A DNA stretch of 54,247 nucleotides, from contig JBATLR010000031.1 in NCBI GenBank assembly GCA_049289415.1, forward strand, positions 1 through 54,247, in the 5' to 3' direction. Origin of the DNA: Nitrospirales bacterium. GTDB lineage: Bacteria; Nitrospirota; Nitrospiria; Nitrospirales; UBA8639. A program made the position numbers and the translations under genes. This document shows positions 49,203 to 54,247 of the stretch, piece by piece; the stretch's first letter is position 1; each line of letters starts with the position of its first letter. The notes beneath the pieces are model-generated. The model did not search any database. It was not told the DNA's origin and saw nothing but the letters and a program-made list of their open reading frames with translations.

Positions 49203-52200
49203 TCACATGTTCATCGTGACTGGTTCCCAGGTTGAGTCAGAGAGATACCGTGAAAAGCTTGTGGAGTCCGGATCAAACGCGATGACATTCATCCATTGGT
49301 TATGGAAAACATGCTGAAGCAAAGTGTGCTTCTGAATGATAGACCGTATTCGATCCGACGGCGCCTCAATGATGGCCAGTAAGCGCATGGGTTCATGATA
49401 GTGCCGCGCCCCATCGTTTACCGATTGGAGGGGAAGGCCTTTTTGCAGGTCACTTTGGCTCCCTAACATCACACCAACTCCGGCAACCATATTGTGAATG
49501 ACCTTACTCCCACCCCCATAGGCCCAAGGATCCACCGACGAAAAGTAATACGTTAAGTTAATCAATTCGCCCACGATGAGGGGTGCGGTCATGATTTTTT
49601 CAAGAAGACTCCCATCAAAATCCGGGCCGGGGTCGTAAGAATGCAAAAAGACTCTCCCGTCCAAATCCAGACCTTTGGTCAGTGTCCGCCTTCCAATCAA
49701 AAATGCGGCATTCCCTGACAATCCCCATTCAGGACGCGAATTAGCCCAATCCATGCTCCGCTGCCTGACATGCTTGAACGCGTCACTGGGAGACACCGCG
49801 GTGGGAGCCCCTGGAATGCGCTGGCATCGTTCCAATGCCTGATGTGTGCCAGCCTGCTCCAAGTCTCTCACCAACAGTGCTAAATCCTCTACATGGGTAG
49901 CAGGAACATCGACCAGGTCATACCCCGTCACTCGATCTGTGGTCGTGTTGTGTTTGGCGGGAAGAAACCAGGTGTCCTCTGGGATGACCAGACCATGATC
50001 GCTCAGAATTTTCCGAACCTCCGGATTATTGGCCATGGCAGCAAAGACACGAGCATTCGGGTCACCATGACTGCCTCCACATGCGCCACAATCCAGCGCC
50101 GCATAATAAGGATTGTTTTCGGACTGGCTTCCATGACCGCAGATCATCACAAACCGGCCAAAGTTTTTCGTGAGGCCGATCACTCGCAATCCCCCCTCCA
50201 CAAAGGCCGCTTGCTCCAATGGGGTGAAACCTAGGGCCAGTGCTCCCAATCGTGGATTTCCCTGCTCGTTTTCATGTGAAGCCTCAACAGGAATTTGCGT
50301 GGCAACGGTGCCCCCCAACCACTGCTGCAACCATTGCTTGACGGCATCGAAGGATGTTCGAAACAGCGTTTTTCCTACCAACCCGACGCTAAAAAACATC
50401 CCTAGCACATCAATTAACATAAAAGAAGCCAATGGATTGTGTTTCAGATCATGGAAGAGATGATGACTGAGTTGATGCCACCTGGTTCCCGAGAGATAGT
50501 CCTTCACCCGATCATTCTGCCCGACTCGCGGAACTTCGGTCACTTCCGCATTTGGTGTTAACAAAATCGGACACAAAGCCAAGTGGTCGTGGCTATCAAA
50601 TGCCACATGACTCATGGGCACGCCAAAAAATCCCGCATACCCAAATGTTTCATACGACCCCTGAGCTTCAAGATGACGCCGAAACGACTCCGAGCGAGCA
50701 TCGATACAAAAAATCCCTTGTGCCCGCGGTCGCTCATGGTTAACGGGTGCCACCCCTTGATGTCCGCTGATGTTTCTCAGCAAAGACTCCCGATAGACGT
50801 CCTCATACGCTTCAAGCCATACCGGTCCATGTGCAGATTGGGGGAAGAGGTCCAGCCACTCCAGTAAGGTTGACATGTCCGTGTAAGACAAATCATGGAC
50901 TTCAATTGGGGTCAATTCCAAAAACTGAGCCAGGTGGAAAAGTCGCCAGGTTTGATGACACACCGCATGATTATTAGGGTCGGTGACATGAGAAAAAGGA
51001 AGGCTCAACGCCTGTTCACGCTCACGTTGTTCGTACCGGTAAGCAAGGAGTGCAGGTAACGTCCCCTTGATGCCCCATTCCCGTTGACAAAGTCCCTCTA
51101 CCATTCCAGATTCATAAAAAAGGCGAACGGCCAGATATTGCAGTGGATCAATGGGATAGTGTTGTTGAGCAGGATACCCGGTGTGGTCACTACGCCATCG
51201 GATAAATCCTGCCCAACCTGGCAATTGAGCCAGATGCCGTGAGAGATAGTTTTGCCAGCGTTCCTTTGGAATTTTGAGATCTTCCAGATGTTTGCACAAC
51301 ATTTCCTCCGGTGCTTCGGACAGTTCGCCGAATTTTTGTCGAAGATCTGGAATCCCGAGGAATCTGCCTGAGAGATCCCCTTCGGCTAATTCTCGCCATG
51401 CAGCATAAAACCCCTTGTCTCTTGAAGGCATACTCCATCCCGCAACACCTTCATCGACAAATGCCCCAATCCATTTGATCATGTGGGTATTGATGGTCTC
51501 AACTAGCACGCTACCCGTCTCACGATCCAGCCAATCACCCAGCGTCCTGTCTATAGGTAAATCAACCGGGACGAGTGCAGTCTCACGTTCTGATGCATGA
51601 GCGCTCCGACTGGGATCATGTGCATGGAAAGAAGGCAGACCCGACACAGGGTCAGACAACTGGCACACCGCCAACGAACTTTTCCAGAGGTTTTGCAGAT
51701 AGGCGGATTCCGGATCATGGCGGCACTTCTCGCACTCCCGAATCGTTCGGTCAATAATGGAGGAACGAGAATCCTCCGGAAGATCGGATCGAAATCGTAT
51801 GGTCAGACCCTCTAATTCCAGGGTCCACGTCAGCAGCACAGCCGGTAAGATTTCAATCCCATATGCGGCATGAATGCGCCAGACATCTTGGACATGTATG
51901 GTGCGTGCTCCAACTCGAATGGTAGCCCGTGAAGGTAATGGAGGCCCCACACGCCGAAGTGCCCGTTCAAGAGCCGGCAGAGTAATCCGACCTTGATAAA
52001 AGAATTGGCGATACTCTTCAACAGGCAGAAATCCTTTGGCACCCAGCAACTGATTCGCTTCCTCAATCGCACGGGCAAATGGTAAATGCTCGAGGTCCCG
52101 AATGGGATTGTAATAGGCAAAGGTTTTCATCGGCCAATATGGCCCGATGGGCCGACACGCCTCATCAACGAGTTCTCGCAGCCATTTCCAATTCGTCCCC

Positions 52201-52262
52201 GTTGAACGATCTTGCTCAAGTCTGTTCATTGCCCCATTTCCCCTTTTGAAGAGCACAGACAT
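49203..52262 (-). CDS. dabA: DabA/MpsB (DUF2309) inorganic-carbon pump subunit, beta-carbonic-anhydrase-like
   Basis: WP-x3-F-x3-NP, LPGWAG, FCIDARSE, GYAGFFG, CGHGS, LDCGACGG, HNTTTD, RPEWGL, RVFLHSYD and HEPMRL. An alternative start is 52229. Confidence 0.95.
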   Translation of the reverse strand: MSVLFKRGNGAMNRLEQDRSTGTNWKWLRELVDEACRPIGPYWPMKTFAYYNPIRDLEHLPFARAIEEANQLLGAKGFLPVEEYRQFFYQGRITLPALERALRRVGPPLPSRATIRVGARTIHVQDVWRIHAAYGIEILPAVLLTWTLELEGLTIRFRSDLPEDSRSSIIDRTIRECEKCRHDPESAYLQNLWKSSLAVCQLSDPVSGLPSFHAHDPSRSAHASERETALVPVDLPIDRTLGDWLDRETGSVLVETINTHMIKWIGAFVDEGVAGWSMPSRDKGFYAAWRELAEGDLSGRFLGIPDLRQKFGELSEAPEEMLCKHLEDLKIPKERWQNYLSRHLAQLPGWAGFIRWRSDHTGYPAQQHYPIDPLQYLAVRLFYESGMVEGLCQREWGIKGTLPALLAYRYEQREREQALSLPFSHVTDPNNHAVCHQTWRLFHLAQFLELTPIEVHDLSYTDMSTLLEWLDLFPQSAHGPVWLEAYEDVYRESLLRNISGHQGVAPVNHERPRAQGIFCIDARSESFRRHLEAQGSYETFGYAGFFGVPMSHVAFDSHDHLALCPILLTPNAEVTEVPRVGQNDRVKDYLSGTRWHQLSHHLFHDLKHNPLASFMLIDVLGMFFSVGLVGKTLFRTSFDAVKQWLQQWLGGTVATQIPVEASHENEQGNPRLGALALGFTPLEQAAFVEGGLRVIGLTKNFGRFVMICGHGSQSENNPYYAALDCGACGGSHGDPNARVFAAMANNPEVRKILSDHGLVIPEDTWFLPAKHNTTTDRVTGYDLVDVPATHVEDLALLVRDLEQAGTHQALERCQRIPGAPTAVSPSDAFKHVRQRSMDWANSRPEWGLSGNAAFLIGRRTLTKGLDLDGRVFLHSYDPGPDFDGSLLEKIMTAPLIVGELINLTYYFSSVDPWAYGGGSKVIHNMVAGVGVMLGSQSDLQKGLPLQSVNDGARHYHEPMRLLAIIEAPSDRIRSIIQKHTLLQHVFHNQWMNVIAFDPDSTSFSRYLSDSTWEPVTMNM

Positions 52263-52423
52263 CTCATAGCGTCAAATCAAGGTTTATAGAAATCATTTGT
52301 GCTCTTACTGGTTAAAATAACGGGAATCAGGGTGGAATGGCAGAGGGGAAAGCCTGACAAGATCATGCACCCAACTCATTAGATTTAAGTTAAATTTAGC
52401 AGCGTGCAATAAACTCTATTTAC

Positions 52424-52486
52424 AATAAAAAAGCCAACCGATGGGCCTCTCCTCTTTTTAGTTTCAGGAGATCACTCGGCTGGCTT
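52424..52486 (-). terminator. Attenuator terminator in the dabA leader
   Basis: Minus-strand AAGCCAGCCGA...TCTCCT...AGGAGA...TCGGTTGGCTT followed by TTTTATT. Confidence 0.8.
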
Positions 52487-52519
52487 ATTCTATCGCGTAC
52501 CTCAATCCCACGCTGAAGG

Positions 52520-52591
52520 ATGCAAGCGATCCGACAAACCCGTTCTACGATCAAGGTCAAAACCAGCACAGATGCCACCCTCCTCAGGCAT
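52520..52591 (-). ncRNA. Structured leader element C (riboswitch/attenuator candidate)
   Basis: ATGCCTGAG-GAGGGTG-[GCATCTGT...ACGGGTTTGT]-CGG-ATCG-CTTGCAT. The segment TCGGATCGCTT is complementary to the 5' arm of the terminator. Confidence 0.5.
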
Positions 52592-52711
52592 TCGAGGAGA
52601 AGTCCATTCTCTTCTTGACCTCACATGAACAATACGCTTATATCAGGGGGATAGGTTGGTCCTCAAGTTCCTGAGATTCTTTCCTACGGGATTGTGATAG
52701 ATCGATAGTGA

Positions 52712-53119
52712 ATGGGCAAGGTCCGTCTTGCCGGAAAGCATTACTCTATGCCCCCCCCCTTCACACGAGGTGAAATGGAATCGGCGATCCGAAATGCCAT
52801 TATTAAATTTGAACAGGAATTCATGGGCCGCGGCCCCACCGATGTTCGAGCCAGCATTCTACGCGACACCATCCTCATTCGGCTCAAAGGCGTTCTTACG
52901 CCAGCCGAACGCCAGCTGGCTAAGAGTGAAGAAGGCATTGGAATGGTCAAACAGATGCGCCAAAATCTCATATCCCAAGGAAGAGAGCAACTGTGTCGTG
53001 AAATCCTGGAGATCACCGGTGCAGAAACGACTGCCCTGTTTACTGATATCGATACCCGGATCGAAGAACGCATCATCGTCCTGACGTTAGATCGTGATTT
53101 GGAAGCGACATTCCGGTAA
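52712..53119 (+). CDS. mpsC: DUF2294 / MpsC family protein
   Basis: EFMGRGP, LKGVLTPAERQL, VKQMR and LFTDIDT motifs. It is divergent from dabA. Confidence 0.88.
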   Translation: MGKVRLAGKHYSMPPPFTRGEMESAIRNAIIKFEQEFMGRGPTDVRASILRDTILIRLKGVLTPAERQLAKSEEGIGMVKQMRQNLISQGREQLCREILEITGAETTALFTDIDTRIEERIIVLTLDRDLEATFR

Positions 53120-53296
53120 ACAGCCTCATTTTGAGCCATCAAACACCTCCCAGATACCATATAACTGCGCGGTTATACCGTTTTAGAATTCTCATGGCCT
53201 GATTTTTCATTTTTTTGTTTTCCCCTTCCTGGCTTTTTGGATGGACAAAAAATTTTGACTCTTGACTTCCCGGGGATTTGGCTTATCTTTGAAGGT

Positions 53297-53965
53297 ATGA
53301 AAGAACAACGTGTTTTAACCCATGATGAGAAAAAAGCTTCCGAGGCAGCCTTTCGGGGATTTCCGATGGATGATTCGTGGACGGATTCTGCCAAAGCTGT
53401 CTATGAAGGTCTTCTTCAAGCATTAGGGAAGACACCTTTGAACGATCTTAATCCTTCCGAAAAAGAACACACCCAGTCTTCGGAAAGATCCGATCTTTTG
53501 TCTTCAGATTTCTCTGAACCGTCCCAATCAGGTTTTTCACTCAGTTCCGGGGATATTCCTGCTGAATTTGAATCACTCCCGATCCGATCCCGAAAAGAAG
53601 CCATTGAATCCGGAATACTCAAAGATGTCACACCAATCGCACAAAGCGTGGGGCTGGATTTTTGCGTGGGCATGACCAACCCGCTCTGGGATCAATACAT
53701 CACTCCTTCCTCGGATTATACCGAAGAACTTATTCAAACCCGTCTACGCGATACACTGGTGGCTGTCCGCCTCAGGTTGGCCATCCTGAAAACACCAACT
53801 CCGCTGGTGGATGTTCCTCTTTTGTTACAATTTCCTCCTGAACCCACCCCTCAGCTCTGCCTCACCTTCGCGCTATTTCACAAGGATCCGGTTGATGGCG
53901 ATTGCCTGCTCCTGATTCATCCAGGCGAGGTCTTCGCAACCCGTCAAGCATTTGAGAACAATTAA
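53297..53965 (+). CDS. Hypothetical two-domain protein (C-terminal part DUF6573-like)
   Basis: Short N-terminal domain, Ser-rich linker and SRKEAIESGILKDVT...VGMT-x2-LW...LIHPGE. The family name is tentative. Confidence 0.7.
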   Translation: MKEQRVLTHDEKKASEAAFRGFPMDDSWTDSAKAVYEGLLQALGKTPLNDLNPSEKEHTQSSERSDLLSSDFSEPSQSGFSLSSGDIPAEFESLPIRSRKEAIESGILKDVTPIAQSVGLDFCVGMTNPLWDQYITPSSDYTEELIQTRLRDTLVAVRLRLAILKTPTPLVDVPLLLQFPPEPTPQLCLTFALFHKDPVDGDCLLLIHPGEVFATRQAFENN

Positions 53966-54194
53966 CTCACTCACCTGCCATACCTCAGTACATTCTTGTC
54001 GGCAAGCAAAGCCATCTCCCGATTTCTCCCCCATACCACTTGCGATTGTTGCCGGGCGATATAGCTCAAAATAGACCCTCAGCATTGTTTTGGAACGCGT
54101 CACAATGAGTGATGAGGCGAAAAGCAAAGGGAGTGAGAAGCAAGGAAATTGAAAACCATGTGGTTTGTTCCTCCTACTTGATGTTCCACCGCAC

Positions 54195-54231
54195 AAAAAT
54201 GAGAAAGGCAATGGGGAACATCTCCCATTGC
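54195..54231 (-). terminator. Possible terminator of a minus-strand gene beyond the window
   Basis: Stem GCAATGGG / CCCATTGC followed on the minus strand by CTTTCTCATTTTT. Confidence 0.45.
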
Positions 54232-54247
54232 AAGAGAAGGTTCACGC

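Noticed and set aside
1..54247. CRISPR arrays, rRNA, prophage or transposase genes
   Set aside because: No repeat-spacer periodicity or relevant ORFs were seen. The only regular repeat is the coding 81-nt repeat in the nuoL-like gene.

Overview
This is a bacterial chromosomal window; the gene content and protein sequences suggest Nitrospira/Nitrospirota, probably salt-adapted (inference). It has three blocks. (1) 0.3-16.2 kb is housekeeping: MEKHLA protein, glk, rpiA, a DegQ protease, a cupredoxin, tRNA-Glu(CTC), a deoxyhypusine-synthase-like enzyme, DsbA, an aldehyde dehydrogenase, pyruvoyl arginine decarboxylase, a MITE/REP-like element, xth, anmK and bolA/grx. (2) 16.5-33.3 kb is an MSHA-like type IV pilus cluster followed by a broken Hpt remnant and two HD-GYP genes, with repeated sigma28-like promoters. 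(3) 34-53 kb is a Na+/inorganic-carbon island: a GAF sensor, BicA-like SulP, nhaB, an OmpA lipoprotein, a minus-strand run dabA(DUF2309)-mrpEFG-DUF4040-mrpBCD-nuoL-like-nuoM-like, and a divergent DUF2294/MpsC gene. The strongest novel signals are in block 3. The NuoL-like subunit has a lateral helix built from four 27-aa (81-nt) repeats, a possible ruler for an unusually long antiporter arm of a DAB-Mrp hybrid carbon pump. Three related structured leader RNAs (GAG(G/A)GTG-stem-CGG core), each coupled to a terminator, lie in the dabA leader (one) and in tandem in the mrpE leader (two). All structures were folded by eye and no database searches were run.
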